DNA from: the human T2T-CHM13v2.0 reference genome, Homo sapiens
Direction: 5' to 3' (one strand)
Assembly: GCF_009914755.1 (NCBI RefSeq)
Contig: NC_060926.1
Length of the DNA stretch: 64,000 nucleotides
The notes under the pieces were generated by a model. The model was not told where the DNA came from and did not search any database. It saw only the letters and a list, made by a program, of their open reading frames with translations. This document shows, piece after piece, positions 34,668-48,665 of the stretch (positions are counted from its first letter, which is position 1; the number at the start of each line of letters is the position of its first letter). A program made the position numbers and the translations under genes.

Positions 34668-35815
34668 ATTTTTTTAATAGGATCTTGCAATTTTTCCCAG
34701 GTTGATCTTGAATTCTTGGACTCAAGCAATCCTACCACTTCAGCTACCCAAGTGAGTGGGATCACAAGCACCCACCACTGCAGCTGGCTCATGTGAATAT
34801 GCTCATAGATCTAACTCATTCATTTTTCTTTGTGATAACTACAGGATAGCCCACAGCATGGAATTACCATGCTTATTTGGCCATTTTATTATTGGTGAAT
34901 AATTGTGCATTGCCCAATATTTTGCCACAGTGAACAATGCTACTGTAAACACCCTTGTCAACATATTCTTGGGTACTGATGACTTTATATCTACTGGAAT
35001 GACTGCCCGCAATAGGGTTCCTGATTTAATGGGTGTGCATTTTGAGCTTTAACAGGCATTGCTAGATTATTTTTCCCTGGAGACTTGAGTACTTCACATT
35101 CCCACTGGCAAGATATAAAAGTGCTCATTCATAGGATGTTTCTGGTCTTTTTAATTTTTGCCCAATATGTGGAATAAAGAACTAAATTTTATTTTCTCTA
35201 ACTTCTCTATCCCATCTAAATCTTTATTTCCTCTTTTGTGAATTGCTTGTTCATATTTTTTCCTGTTGCTTTTGGCCATTTCATTACCAATTTTTATGAG
35301 CTTTGGGTAAGTTAAGGATCATATCCTTTCATATATGCTGCAAATGTTTGTCTGAGACTATAGCTTGTCTTTTGACTTTGCTTATAATGTTTTGTTCTTG
35401 TAATTTGAAAAAAAAGTGAGAAAATATGTCATTTGTTTTCTCCTTGTTGGATTTTGGGATTCTTGCTACCATTAAATTTATGCCCTCTATGCCAAAGTTA
35501 TAGAAACTTTCCACTAGATTTTCTTCAAATCCTTTGTGTTTACTTATTTACATTTATATCTTTAACCAAAACCCATCTCACTTTTTTTCCCCAGATGAAG
35601 AGCCAATTAGGTCAGCACTATTTCTTGAATCAATCCTAACTTTCCTGCTGAATTGAAATGTTGTCTTTATCAAATACTAATTTTGCAAACATACGGTACC
35701 CATTCCTGGATTCTAGCCTGTTCCAGTGGACCACTTGTTCATGTGCCAAAACATATTATTTTGATGAAAATCACTTTATCTTAAATGTCAATATTTGGTA
35801 AGGCAAATGTACCCT
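34380..35815 (-). mobile_element. Old L1ME fragment containing (TG)n (34635-34665) and a FLAM-like Alu monomer (34668-34790)
   Basis: 'gtgaacaatgctactgtaaacacccttgt', 'cacattcccactggcaa'; monomer 'gaattcttggactcaagcaatcctacc'. Confidence 0.7.
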
Positions 35816-36487
35816 ATTTTCTTTTTCAGAATTATCTGCCAAAGTCTACAAGGCTATATGACAATATCCCACCACAATTATGCTTTTTAATTAAATTAAT
35901 CTTGTGTTTCAAAGAGGAAGTGGCTAAGAGTCTTAGCTAACCCTGGATGGCTATGAATGAACACCCAGTCATTCATGCAAGCAGAGTCACCCCAGGTGCC
36001 CTCGCTCACAGTCTCACATTCTCATTCCTGCACACTAAACGACTCAAAAGTCCTCCGGAGCTCTGGACCTTGATAGCTATTCTCCCCTTTCTTCAAAGTC
36101 CCAGGGTCTTCTCACCCAGATCCCAGGGGCCTTTCTGCCCCCTGCCATCCTCTGACAACTCTGTCCCAGGCTAAAAATAGCTGCCCGCTTGGGGCTTTCT
36201 TCTCCTTTAGGCTCCTGCTATCTCCAAGCACAATGGGGTAGAGGACCAAATCTGTGCACCCTGATAACTGCTCTTCTACGTTTCTGCAGCTGCTTATGAG
36301 ATATCCATGTGCCAGACTCCTCTCTAGCCCAAACTCTCCTTCTAGTAGTTGTTTCCCTGCTTGTAGACTACCCTTTGGTTCTCCCTAGGACACCACTCCT
36401 GATCCTCCTTGAGATGGACTCAGCCCTGACCTCCTCCTCATAGGTACTGCTGATGGCTGGAGGAGAAGGATAACGTCAGAATCATGG

Positions 36488-36947
36488 TGCTATGGGTTGA
36501 ATTGTATACCCCTAAAATTCATACATTGAAATCTAACTCCCAGTGCTGCAGAATATGATCTTATTTGGAGATAGAGTCATTTCAGATTGAATTAGTTAAG
36601 ATAAAGTCGTGGTGGGGTGTGGTTAACCAATATGACTGGTATTCTTATATAAAGGTGAAATTTGAACATGGAGACATCCACACAGGGGGAACACCATATG
36701 AAGATGCAGGCAGAGATTAGGGTGACACTTCTAAAAGCCAAAGAATGCCAAAGATTGCCAACAAACCACCAGAAGCTAAGGGAGAGGCAGGGAACAGCTT
36801 CTCTTGCATAGCGCTGAAAAGGAACCAACCCTACTGCTACCTTGATCTTGGACTTCTAGCCTCCAGAACTGTGAGAAAATAAATTTCTGTTGTTTAAGCC
36901 ACACAGTCTGTAGTACTTTGTTGCAGCAGCTCTAGGGAGCCAATACA
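36488..36947 (+). mobile_element. MaLR LTR (MLT1C-like)
   Basis: TG...CA termini; 'tgctatgggttgaattgtatacccc' to 'gtactttgttgcagcagctctagggagccaataca'. Confidence 0.9.
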
Positions 36948-39399
36948 CACAGCAACCCAATGCAGATGAAGGTGGGCTGCCTTCCCCCACCTGAGCCCTT
37001 CTCTCTGTTTTTTGCTGGGGTCACGTAGGGAGTCAGATCACAACAAGCTTCAAAATCTGTTTTTGGTTAATAATACTGGCCCCAGACTCTTGCCTGGTAT
37101 GAAGGTTTAGCAGAGAAACTCAGGCTCCCATTGCCACCCACAGCCTGGTCCCCAGGCAGAAGCAAGCCATGGGCTCTGCCTTGCCAGTTGGGAGCATCGT
37201 ATCCAAGCTTTGGTGCTTCAGCAGTAAACAAGCAGTTAGCAACTGCTCTGCAAGCTATCCAAGCGTGACATGCTGAGGTTTCTATGACTTATCCTCTAGT
37301 GCCTCCCCCACTGTCTGTCATTCCCACCACACAGGAATCCTGACTCTTCTGACCTGTGGGCATTCATTAGGACTGTGGCCAGTTGTTCCTCCTGATGCCC
37401 TAGTGCCTAGCTCAGTGTCTGACCCACAGTAAATGCTCAATCTTTATTTACTGGATGGGTGGATAGATGGACAAAGGTACAGGAGACTCTTTGGACTAAG
37501 CTTTCTCCAGTATGTGATTCAACCTAGCAGAAGAGAGGGCGTTACCAAGAGGAGCTTCTAGGAACTGAGTCAGTCATTGAGTTGCTGCAGGCATGCATTC
37601 TTGCCATGTGGACCCTGGATTCTTTCTCATTCTTTCTGGGCTAAAGGTTGGCTTCCAAGTTCCTTTCCACTAGTGCGCCCTCCTGGCGGCTCTTTATAGC
37701 CAACTTCACACAAAGGAGGTTTAAACAGCATCTGGCAAGTCTCCCTGGAATTCACAACCAGCTTGCTCCACCCCAAAAATCTACCAAATACTTCAGACAG
37801 AACTCAGAGTGGAGGCCCTGCATTTAAAAATGGATCTCTTTTCCTGAGGCATCCACACCTCCTTCTTTTTAGAAAGCACAAGCTCATATTGAAACAGCCA
37901 TCCCAGAAAAATGTGTGGAGGGGAAAAACAAAACAAAGCAGAACAAACTACAAAACAACAACCACAAAAATATTTGGAGGTCTCCCTGTCCTTGTGTTCC
38001 AGAAAGTTCGATATATGGGGATTGCAGTGGGAAGAGCAGTTGCCAGCATTGTGGAGAGACTTCTAGAGACACAGGGGACTTGAGAGTGGGAAATGGCAAG
38101 AAAAGTGCCCTGAGCCCCGGCCCAACTTGGCTCTTAAAGAGAACCCCACCATTCATTAACTGGCCCTAAAACCTGCTAAGTGAAAAAGTAAAATAAATGA
38201 GCTCATTAAATCCGGAAGGAGGGAAGACCTGGAGGCTTAACCAAGGAAATTCCCAACACCCACTTAGAAAAACAAGGGGGTTTTAGGCTCAGTTAGATTC
38301 ATGGCCAGGAGTGGGGGCTGGCCCCCAAACAAGGAGGTTGAGTCATGCTGAACCACCATGCAGAGCTCGGCCATTTCCAGCTCTGCAAACAGGAGCCTGG
38401 ATAGGGAGCTGCTGCTGCTTGTAGTGTGGCGGGGATGGTCAGTGTGGTTTACCAACTCAAGTGGTCCACATCCTTAGTCAAACTCATGGGGAAATCAGTT
38501 GAGAAATATAGTGGGAAGTTCCAGGAGCATGCAAAGTTCTTGAGAGAATTATGACTTCAACCCAGACTGCGGTAACTGCCTGTAACAAATACAGCCTGAG
38601 ATTCGGCTTAATAAAGACTGTTCATCATGTACCATCCATTCCTCCCCGATTTATCACTCACTTCCTGAGGACCATCTATGTGCTGGCGCCATGCTAGATG
38701 CTGCCCTTTCAGGCCTAACTTGTTAGTATTGCTCCCATCGACCAGTCCAAGTTCCTATTCATGGTCCCTGCTTCACCCATGACCATAGCCCTCTTTGGTT
38801 GTGGGGTTCTGCAGATTCCCTTCAGATCTCCTTGTTCTTGAATGAGTGGAACTCTGATGATTCCTGGCATCTGCTCTCGTCTTGGGTAAAAGATTCCCCT
38901 CCAGGTGTGGCAGCCCCAGGCCTACACAAACAATGACTGTACCTAGAATAATACCTGCTGTACTGATGCATGGGCAAGAACAATGGGAATGCTGAGGAGA
39001 GAGTGCCTAACCCCATGTGTGTGTTTGCTGGGAGGCATCAGGGGAAGAAAGCCTTGTCCAGAAAAGGTGGCTTGTCAGACTTTCTGCAGGGGGATCAGCG
39101 TGAGAGGATGAAGGCACGGAAATGTCACGAGGACAGCCAGATGAACAAGAAACCCACCCACTGCCAAGGAAAACATATGGTCAGGTTTACTCTGTGCCCT
39201 TTGCTCCTACCCACTGATTCTCTTTCCCCAGGGGCTGCACGTCAGATCCATTTTCATGACTGACATATTCAAAGTTATCATTTGTCGAAACTTGAAATCT
39301 CACAAGGAAATCTCCTATCTGGTGAGATCCATTCCCAACTACCTTCTCTTTGCCTTCCTCTTCCAACATGGACACCATTCTCAGAGGCAACATTTAATT

Positions 39400-39620
39400 G
39401 TGAGAAGAGAATGAGTTTTAGAGTCTCAAGATCTTGAATCCCAGCTCGGCTAATAACTAGCTGTGTGACATTGGACTAGTTACTTAACCTCTCTGAGCCA
39501 CGTTTTCCTCGTGTGTAAAATAGGTATAATAATATTTTCCAAATGGTGTGGTCATGAGGATTAGAAATAACAGATATAAAGTGCTCCTCAAAATGCTTTG
39601 CATATAGCTTATGTCCAAGG
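39400..39620 (+). mobile_element. MIR SINE
   Basis: 'actagctgtgtgacattggactagttacttaacctctctgagccacgttttcctcgtgtgtaaaatagg'. Confidence 0.88.
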
Positions 39621-40139
39621 ACGGCAGATCATGTTATCTGATTGTGAGCTGGATTGTCTCACCCTAAGAACCCTCTGCTCCCTTCAGTGACTGGCTGCTA
39701 CTCAGCGAAGGAGGGATGTGGCTTAGTGCCTGTCATGACAGCTGGGACTCTCTGTGACTTCCATCTCTGATGCAAAAACACTGGGTTCTCCACTCTGCAT
39801 CTCCATGGAGTTTACCCTTTGCTCTTAGAAGCTTTAAAAACTAATTGTCATGCATGAACAAGCTCTTGGAATCCAAAGTCACTTCCTTAACAGTCAGAAA
39901 GGTCAGCCTCCTACACGGCTTTCAAATGTGCTCCCAGAGGTCTACTCTGAAGGTCAGGGCTACCGACTGTTCTAGATTTCAAAGCATGTTAGACACATTG
40001 TTACTCTCTCTAAGGCAAGTGACTTACAAGAGGGGTGCTTGCAAAAGATTTAAAAATTAAATCTGTAGTCCCCTTTCCTGGTAAGAATAGCGCCAGCTTC
40101 TTTGGCTTGTAGACCAGAGGGAAAACCAGCCTGGCTTCC

Positions 40140-40653
40140 ATGAGGGGTGCTAACCTGGGGGAGAGGAGAAGGGGCGGGGAGGAGGTCGAGCACCCTGGGA
40201 TCCCCTAAGAGGTCACTGACGGTATTTTTCTCAGACGTCTAGATGGATAGCAAGTAGCTCTGTTGTCCAGGAAGGGGAGGGGGTAACAGGACCCTTTGTG
40301 TTTTGAGTTGAAAACAAAGGATCCCTGGGATTCATGGGAGCCTGCGCTGCCCTGGGGCTCCTGGGACGAGCTGGCACCTGGAAGGCGGCTGTGAAAGAAA
40401 ACTGGCGGCAGAACTCAGCTGAGCTGCAACCTCGTGAGCTCAAGTGGGGGGTCACCCCTGGCTGAGGTTACCACTGAGGGAATGGGGTCATCCTCCCTAG
40501 AGAACCTCGGCGGCTGTGCGGGGATACGGACAAAAGCCGCTTTGTGGAAGACTGTGGGACCGTCCAACGGCGCCACCGTGTGGCGGCGCCGGGCAGCGGC
40601 AGACAGCGCATCCCGGTTCTCACACACACCTGGACCTTCTAAGACAGGTGAGT
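40140..40653 (+). promoter_or_regulatory. CpG-rich putative promoter and first exon of an unidentified transcript
   Basis: GC box GGGGCGGGG at 40171-40179; CpG cluster at about 40500-40620 in unique sequence; consensus donor CAG|GTGAGT at 40645-40653. Confidence 0.55.
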
Positions 40654-40993
40654 CTCGAGGAGATGCTGGTTTTCTGATCACTACTTGCTATGCAATTTGG
40701 AAAAATGAGAGAGATTTGCTCACATTTTCACTCCAAGTGTGTGGAGCAGCTGAATTTAGTCCCAGGCAGTAGTAGCCCCACGCTAAAAATTGATGACTTA
40801 AAGACAATTCAAATAGAATGAAATAAAGACTGCTTGAACATTAGGGATGTCCAGGCCCTGGGATGTTTCCAGGCTCCTGATTCAAAGAACAAGTGTCGTG
40901 TGAGCAAATGAGTGAACGAGGAAAGGAGTGAGTGAATTGAGACTTTCTGAATTGCCATCGGGAACCCTGTTAGGGTTTTCATTCCCACTGCAG

Positions 40994-41034
40994 ATCTGTT
41001 AGACAGGACTTTCCCTGCCTCCACCAAGGCACAG
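40994..41034 (+). other. Candidate 41-nt internal exon
   Basis: Acceptor 'ttttcattcccactgcag|' and donor 'cag|gtatgt'. Confidence 0.35.
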
Positions 41035-41950
41035 GTATGTTCGAGTGTGAGACGGCTCAAAATATGTACAATTCACAAAAAAATTTCCAGGAACAGCTTA
41101 AACAATACTTGAACACTGTCCCCTACTTGAGAACATAGAAGGATCTGTATAAGCATCCATAGAGGAGGGAAGGGAGGGGAGCTGTGAGAGTTTCTTTGGA
41201 GTGCACTGTTGCCAAGTCCCCACTTCCCTTTGGAGGAGTGTGGAGGGAATGCCTCCTTCACTCAAGCCTAGTGAGGGGGCTTCCTTGGGAGCAGTAAGCG
41301 GCCTTGCACTGTGTTCCCACAGGCTGGGGACACAGAAAATGCGTGTCTGACTCACATTGAGATGACTGAGAGAGTCTGTGCAACGGGATAGACAATACTT
41401 CTCTGGAACTGGGCTGCACTCCCAGAATTCTTCAGAACAGGGGTGTGTGTTTCCCAGACCACGAAGAGGTGGGAAAGCCAGATGGTGCAGTTGCAAGACC
41501 TGCCTAAGAGCACAGCCTGGGGAGTTGAGGGGCCCCCAACAGTGAGATTCAGTGCTGAATGGGCCATCATTGAATCAGGGGTTTAGGAGTAGAGGAAGAA
41601 GACATCCAGAAGGCTGAACGCACTGCCCACATCACAGAGCTGTGGTCAGAGGCACCGGCAGGGAGCCTCTAAAGAGCCCAGGAATGCACCACTGGAGAAG
41701 AAGCCAGCTTCAGATATCGGCCTTGCAAGCAGGCTCCATCAGACACAGGTCCCCACTGCAAGAGACCCTGCCCTTGTTCCCTAATGACCTTGCCTCCAGC
41801 CTCATTGCCAACCTTCTTTAGCAAGTTTGGGGAACATGAGCTGAGAACGAGATAAGCTGACCATTGTGTCTTCTCAGAAAGCAGGGTTTTCCATGCCTTC
41901 TCTCCAGCTGGAAGGAGGGGACGAGATTGAATGGTAATTTAGGTTCCCAA

Positions 41951-42211
41951 TTAAGAGACAGGGTCCTGTTCTGTCACCGAGTGGTGTAATCATAGCTCAC
42001 TAAAGCCTTGAACTCTTGGGCTCAAAGGATTCTTCCACGTCAGCCTCTCCAGTAGCTAGCACTACAAGTGCATGCCACTGCGCCTGACTAAATTATTATT
42101 ACTTTGCAGAAAGGGGTTTCATCATCTTGCCCAGGCTGGTCTCAAACTCCTGGACTCAAGCAATCCTCCCACGTTGACCTCCCAGAGTGCTGGAATTACA
42201 GGTTCAGCCAG
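41951..42211 (-). mobile_element. AluJ, degenerate
   Basis: 'catagctcactaaagccttgaactcttgggctcaa', 'cccaggctggtctcaaactcctggactcaagcaatcctccc'. Confidence 0.88.
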
Positions 42212-42501
42212 GTTCTGAGTTCTTACTATTACACAAACTAGTCTTTTATAGACTATTTGCAACTAAGTAACTGCAATATTGTTACAACCTGATTGTGAGC
42301 AGAAAAGCCAAGAGTCCAGGGCAAATACATTTTGAAAGGACAGTAGGAGGCCAAAACTAAAGATGGGTTTTGATTAGGACACACTTGCGTTTGTTCAACA
42401 TTCAGGTTGTGGTATGTACAACAAATCTTTATCTGGAATTTTGTCTGTGCTGAGGCTTTGAAGGACAGAAGAGGAGAAGGAGAAGATAGATCCCCTACTT
42501 T

Positions 42502-43130
42502 ACCACCACCGTCCTCCAACCATCTCCCACCACCATCCTCCAACCATCTCCCACCACCATCCTCCAGTCATCTCCCACCACCATCCTCCAACCATCTCCC
42601 ACCACCATCCTCCATCATCTCCCACCATCACCCTCCAACCATCCCCCACCACCATCCTCCAACCATCTCCTACCACCATCCTCCAACCATCTCCCACCAC
42701 CATCCTCCATCATCTCCCACCATCACCCTCCAACCATCTCCCACCATCTCCCACCACCATCCTCCAACCATCTCCCACCACCATCCTCCATCATCTCCCA
42801 CCATCACCCTCCAACCATCTCCCACCATCACCCTCCAACCATCTCCCACCACCATCCTCCAACCATTTCCCACCACCATCCTCCATCATCTCCCACCATC
42901 ACCCTCCAACCATCTCCCACCATCACCCTCCAACCATCTCCCACCACCATCCTTCAACCATCTCCCACCACCATCCTCCAACCATCTCCCACTACCACCC
43001 TCCAATAATCTCCAACCACCATCCTCCATCATGTCCCACCATCACCCTCCAACCATCTCCCATCACCAACCTCCAACCATCTCCCACCACCATCCTCCAA
43101 CCATCTCCCACCACCATCCTCCAACCATCT
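42502..43130. repeat. Minisatellite, 24-bp unit CCACCATCCTCCAACCATCTCCCA with variant units
   Basis: Directly visible tandem array, almost G-free on the + strand. Confidence 0.95.
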
Positions 43131-43949
43131 TCGTGGTACCAGCCCCTCTCCAGTGCCTCATGTCTCCCCTCTGCTCACAGCCTGCCCTGCCTCTGTAGCC
43201 TCTCTAGCATCCATTCCTCTCTGACTTAGCTCCTTCATCCTCCCTACTGCTGCTGGGACAGATCAATCAGTAATCACCATCATCTGAAGTCCGTCTTCCC
43301 TCCCACCTCTCATCCTGTCCCTGCACAGAGTTGGGACCCTGCCATTATCTTCATGTTACAGGTGAGGGAGACCGGATCTTCTACCCAGGGTGGGCAATGA
43401 CTTATGAATGCCGATTAGTGGTGTCAGAACTACAAAGGGTGTCTCTGGCTTGGGGTATATTCACTTAACAGAACACATTCCATTATTAAATCTTCTCTAT
43501 CAATTGTTCTACTTCTCAACTGTTCACATTTCTTCAGTTATCAACCGTAGCCCTCGCATTTCTAACTCAGCACAGTGGGACGGGGTCCTACCCTGCACAG
43601 CTGAGGCATGACTTGCAGTTTAGAGATGAGGCCGCGGAGAAGGGGAGAGAATGAAGTGCCTTTCTGAAGCTCCTCCAGACCTACAAAGGCTCTTCTGCTC
43701 CTGTGTTCCATGTCCTAGTGAATGGTCACACTCTTACACCCAAGGGCCCAAGCCAGAACCCTGAGAGCTGTCATAGCTGCTGCCTCTGTCTCTTACCCCT
43801 CACATCATCAGCATCCTTGGATTCCCTCCCTTCCTCTTAGTTTCTGCTGCTTCTGCCTCAGCTCAGACCTCACCACTTTAACAAATACAGTAGCTCCCAA
43901 ATGTTCTCCCTACATCAAATCTGCTCCCCTCACCCATCTGGCTCCCCAT

Positions 43950-45260
43950 TCCAAGGAGTGTCCTTCCTAAGCATTCACTCAATATGCATTGACTGAGCAA
44001 TCCTATCTGTTGGGCACTACGTGTATCAATGTCTAGTCGAGATGCAGGGGCCATGCCAGGGAGTTCAACAGAGGAAACTGAATACAAAGAACTAGTTACA
44101 ATGGTGTAGGGAGAGCTGAAAAGCCAAGCAGGAGACAATGAGGCCAGAATTGGCAACAGCAGAAGCCCATTAACATCCCCAATGCTAAAGGGACAAAAGG
44201 AGGAAGATGGTGTTGTCAGAGCTGGAAGCAGTGGCCACTTGGCAGGAGCTTGAGCCTTGGAGACAGGGGTTGTCCAGTAGGAGCTGGAGCCTTAGAGGAG
44301 ATGCCGTCATTGTCAGTGGTGCCTCTCGAAGCAGAGCAAAGGGGAGAGAAATACTCTGACCTTTCCCTTCCTCCCACCAGCACCTCCCATTGGCCAAACC
44401 CAGCAGGAAGCCAACCTGCAAGTGATCCTGGGAAATGTAGCTTGCAAGGGTGAGCCTCTGTGACGCAGAGCAGAGAAGCTGCGGGGATCTGAAAGCAAAC
44501 ATGGTCTTTCCAGGACATGCTCTGTGCTGGGAACTGGGGCGGAAAAAATCAAACTGGACAATCACAGCCCAAAGACACCCATAAGCTATACCAATAGTTC
44601 CAGTGCAGTGTGGTAAGGGATTAGGGATCTATGTGGTGCTGGGAAGGGCCTGCGGGAGGGGGGCAGATAAATAAAGATTCTCGGAGGGGGTGACATCTGA
44701 GCTGAAATGCAAAGGATGAATCAGTTAACCAGATGAAAATGAGAGTGGGTTTGGGAAGGCCATTTTAGGGTAGAGGATGCTTGAAGACAAGGGACAGAGA
44801 AAGATCACGACTTCTCCACAAGGAATCCTTTGGTGGCTCCTCATTGTGTATAGGAGAAAATCTAAGACCCTCTCCAGGTAGTAGAAGGCCCTGCTGTCTC
44901 CAGCCTCAGCTCCACCTCCAGTCTACCCCTGAGACTCTAGGCGCCCTATACTTCTGTCTGTGGACATAGTGCTCACTATTTCTTGTCGGTGCCTTTGCAC
45001 AAGCATTTCTCACTTGTTCCCTGGTAAAGCTCAGCTCAAATGTCAACTACTCTGTGAACTTTTCTGATGTCCCTAAGTGAAGTTATGATCCTCTAAGACC
45101 TTTGTACATTGCACTTACACATGTATTTATGGATTTGTTTCTACAGCCGACTGCTTCCAAGGACCTATAAATAAGGTCCTTGAGGGAATGCCTTCATGTT
45201 TACCCTATGTATCCTTCATGCCTGCAAAGCACATGGCACAAAGTGGCACTCAGAAAATTG
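43950..45260. mobile_element. L2 fragments in both orientations
   Basis: 'cattcactcaatatgcattgactgagc' (minus); 'gtgacatctgagctgaaatgcaaaggatgaa' (minus); 'ctcagctcaaatgtcaactactctgtgaac' (plus). Confidence 0.55.
44150..44560 (-). mobile_element. LTR33-like ERVL LTR nested in L2
   Basis: 'cacctcccattggccaaacccagcaggaagcca...cctgggaaatgtagcttgca'. Confidence 0.7.
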
Positions 45261-45937
45261 GAAGAGGGTGGAGAAAGGAGGAAGACAGGCAAGAAGCAGC
45301 CAAGGTATGTTGATTTCAAGGTCATACCACTGCAACTTTTGAAAATATTCATGTTTATGTTGGAACGCAGAGAACTTTTCGAAGTTGTATTAAGATGTAA
45401 ACACACCACACTTTTGTGAATATAAATTTCATCTTCGATGTAAATATTCTATGGTTTCCTTCAAGGTTATATTGCATTTCACAATCTACCCACATAGCAT
45501 GACGAACTCGCCCTCAGGGAGATGATGTTTCCCTGGCATTTTCCTATCTCCGCCTGCTCCTAGAGGCCACTTCAGCAAGCTCTGAGATTTCACTGCACAC
45601 AACCAATCCCTACCTTGCCAGGCTCCAGAAGGTACTTCTGCTTATCTTTTTTTCTTGCAAAACACCCAGATTAGCTTTCAAAATTGCAGCTAAATCTAAA
45701 GCAAATGGCTTATAAGAAAGGCAGAAGTGGGTCACAAATAATTATACCTGATTTGTCCCCAGCTGCCTCTACTCGCCACATTCTCCAGTGCAGCTTGGCA
45801 TAGCTTCAGAGTTGTTCATTCTCTGGCCTAAATGTCCAGCAATAGGGCCTCAGCCAAATGAAGTGTGGTGCAACCACATGATTTAACACTGGGCAAATAT
45901 TAACAATGGTGTCGAAGGTGCATGGTTACTGACATAG

Positions 45938-46360
<423 letters not shown>

Positions 46361-47072
46361 TAATAATAAGCAAATTATATGTGAAAAAGTAGTAATTTAA
46401 GATTAAATATATATATTTTAGTTAGTGAGTCATGGGTCACCTTTACATATATTACAATTTGAGTCTGGAGGCCTAAATTCCTCACTTTTATCACCTTTCA
46501 AAGTGCCTCTTCTATTTCAAGACTTAGCACAATTGCTCCATTTCTGGGGACCTTTCTTGCCCAACTAAAATGTTATTTGCGAGCATTCCCCCAGCCCACT
46601 GACAACCCCTACACTCCAGCAACCACTATAGGGTATTGTGATGGTTTCCTCGTAGCAGAGTATGAGCCCTTTTGAGGGAGTTATTCAGCTCCTTGTCCCC
46701 AGGTCTACTTGACACATTGAATAAATGAATGACCCAACACTTTGATGTGTGGCATTGGACACATCCTCACCCCTCTATAAATCTCACTGGCCTCATCATT
46801 AAAAAGGGCATAAATGCGCCCATTCCAGGAGTAGCTGTAAGGATTAAACAAATGTTTTGTGCAGCAAAGAACAGTGTAGAGACATAGTGGTCCTCACAGG
46901 AAGGGCAGATGTGAACATCAAGCCTGGAGTCCACACCACAGGTTTCTTCTTCCTGCCCCTGCTCTGGGCTATTTGCTAATAAGACAGAAAGTTCACTTTT
47001 AAAATGACTTTGTACAAGCAGTAAAGAGGACTTGTGTGTATGTGTTTTTATCTTGTGTTAAATAAGATTATG

Positions 47073-47330
47073 AGCTGGGCGCAGTGGCTCATGTCTGCAA
47101 TCCCAGCACTTTGGGAGGCTTGAGCCCAGGATTTAAAGACCAACCTGGGCAACATTGTGAGAACTTGTCTCCATGAAAACTAAAAATAAACTGTCCACTG
47201 TGGTGGCACATGCTGGTAGTCCCAGCTACTCAGGATGCTGAGGTGGGAGGATCACTTGAGCCAGGGAGCTTGAGGCTGTAGTGAGCTATCCAGCCTAGCT
47301 GACAGAGGGAGACCCTGTCTAAAAAAAAAA
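47073..47330 (+). mobile_element. AluJ with small deletions
   Basis: 'gaggtgggaggatcacttgagccaggga'; poly(A). Confidence 0.9.
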
Positions 47331-47619
47331 TTAGTTATCCTTAAGCCACCAGCTCTCCTGAGAGATCCCCACTGGAGGCAGCCTGAAGGGTCAAACCTTG
47401 GTCTTTCTGAGCCCCCACATGGTTTGGAGAACTGGGTTTTCCCAAATACTTCAGGGTGCTGTTTTGAGCAATAAAACTGTTTTAATTATTTTGAATGGAA
47501 AGCTTTCTAAACTGTGTAAATTTACACAACATTGTAAATGAGTTTTCTAACCATTGTGTGTCAAGTTAGGCTCACTATGTTTTATCTTTTTAGGTATTAA
47601 CTTCATATACAAATCGTAA

Positions 47620-47800
47620 TGTTAGCTAATATTTACTTTGGCCTTGGTATGTTTCAGACACCATTCTGAATATTCTATTACATTGGCTTATTAAGTCTTC
47701 ATAACATTTATAGAAAATAGGTGCTATTGTTACTCCTGTTTTCCCAATGAGGACACAGGTCCAGAGAAGTTAAATGAGGTGCTCAAGGCCACAAATCACA
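47620..47800 (-). mobile_element. MIR SINE
   Basis: 'aatgaggacacaggtccagagaagttaaatgaggtgctcaaggccaca'. Confidence 0.75.
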
Positions 47801-47961
47801 ACATATAAACCCTAGCACCATAGCTCTGGAGCCTACATGCTCACACTACACTTCAGCTGTCCGATCAGCATTATGCAAAGAAAAGTACATGACGGAGTGA
47901 AGATCTGGGTGTGGGTAGTGCATTCATTTCTTAGAAATGAAGTTTCCATTTTGTAATGAGC

Positions 47962-48107
47962 ATATATATATATATGTGTGTGTGTATGTATATATATGTG
48001 TATATATGTATATATGTATATATACATATGTATATATGCGTATATATACACATACGTATATATGTATGTGTATATATATACATATGTATATATGTATATG
48101 TATATAT
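47962..48107. repeat. (TA/TG/CA)n compound microsatellite
   Basis: Directly visible. Confidence 0.95.
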
Positions 48108-48292
48108 GAACATAATGAAAAACAGGGAGAACCCTGGGTCCACCAACCAGTGTAAAAGTTCTCATTTACTCACAACATCCAGTAAGATAAAATTGGAGCA
48201 ATTATGCTGATCAGTAAAGCCATCAGTTGATGTCTTGATGATGTTGAAGTAAATATGGCAAGAATACTATTGGGGAAAATGTCTAAAGCGTC

Positions 48293-48665
48293 TGTTTGAG
48301 TCCATTTTTTGTTGTTATAACAGAATAACACAGACTGGGTAATTTATAAAGAAGAGAAATTTATTTCTTACAGTTCTGGAGGCTGGGAAGTCCAAGAGCA
48401 TGGCACTGGCATCTGGCAATGGCCATTTCACTACATCAAAACATGGTGAAGGGCATTGTATAGTGAAAGAGCAAGAGCGTATCCGCTCAGGGCTCTCTTC
48501 CCCTTCCTATAAAGCCACCAGTCCCATGATGGGGGCCCCACCCTGATGACCTTATCTAATCCTAACTACTTCTCAGAGGCCTCACCTGCAAATGCCATTA
48601 AGACATAAATTTGGGGGTTGAGTTTCCAACACATAAAATTTGAGGAACACATTCAAACCATAACA
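48293..48665 (-). mobile_element. MaLR LTR (MSTB-like)
   Basis: 'ctgggtaatttataaagaagagaaatttatttcttacagttctggaggctgggaagtccaag'; ends 'acacattcaaaccataaca'. Confidence 0.9.

Noticed and set aside
37671-37690. CTCF-like motif gtgcgccctcctggcggc
   Set aside because: Has one extra base in the core relative to consensus; too uncertain without ChIP data.
42407-43198. 263-aa Pro/His/Ser-rich ORF
   Set aside because: It is a translation of the minisatellite; the near G-free, low-complexity strand rarely forms stop codons.
47833-48210. Ile/Tyr/His-rich ORFs (also 58616-59267)
   Set aside because: Microsatellite translations.
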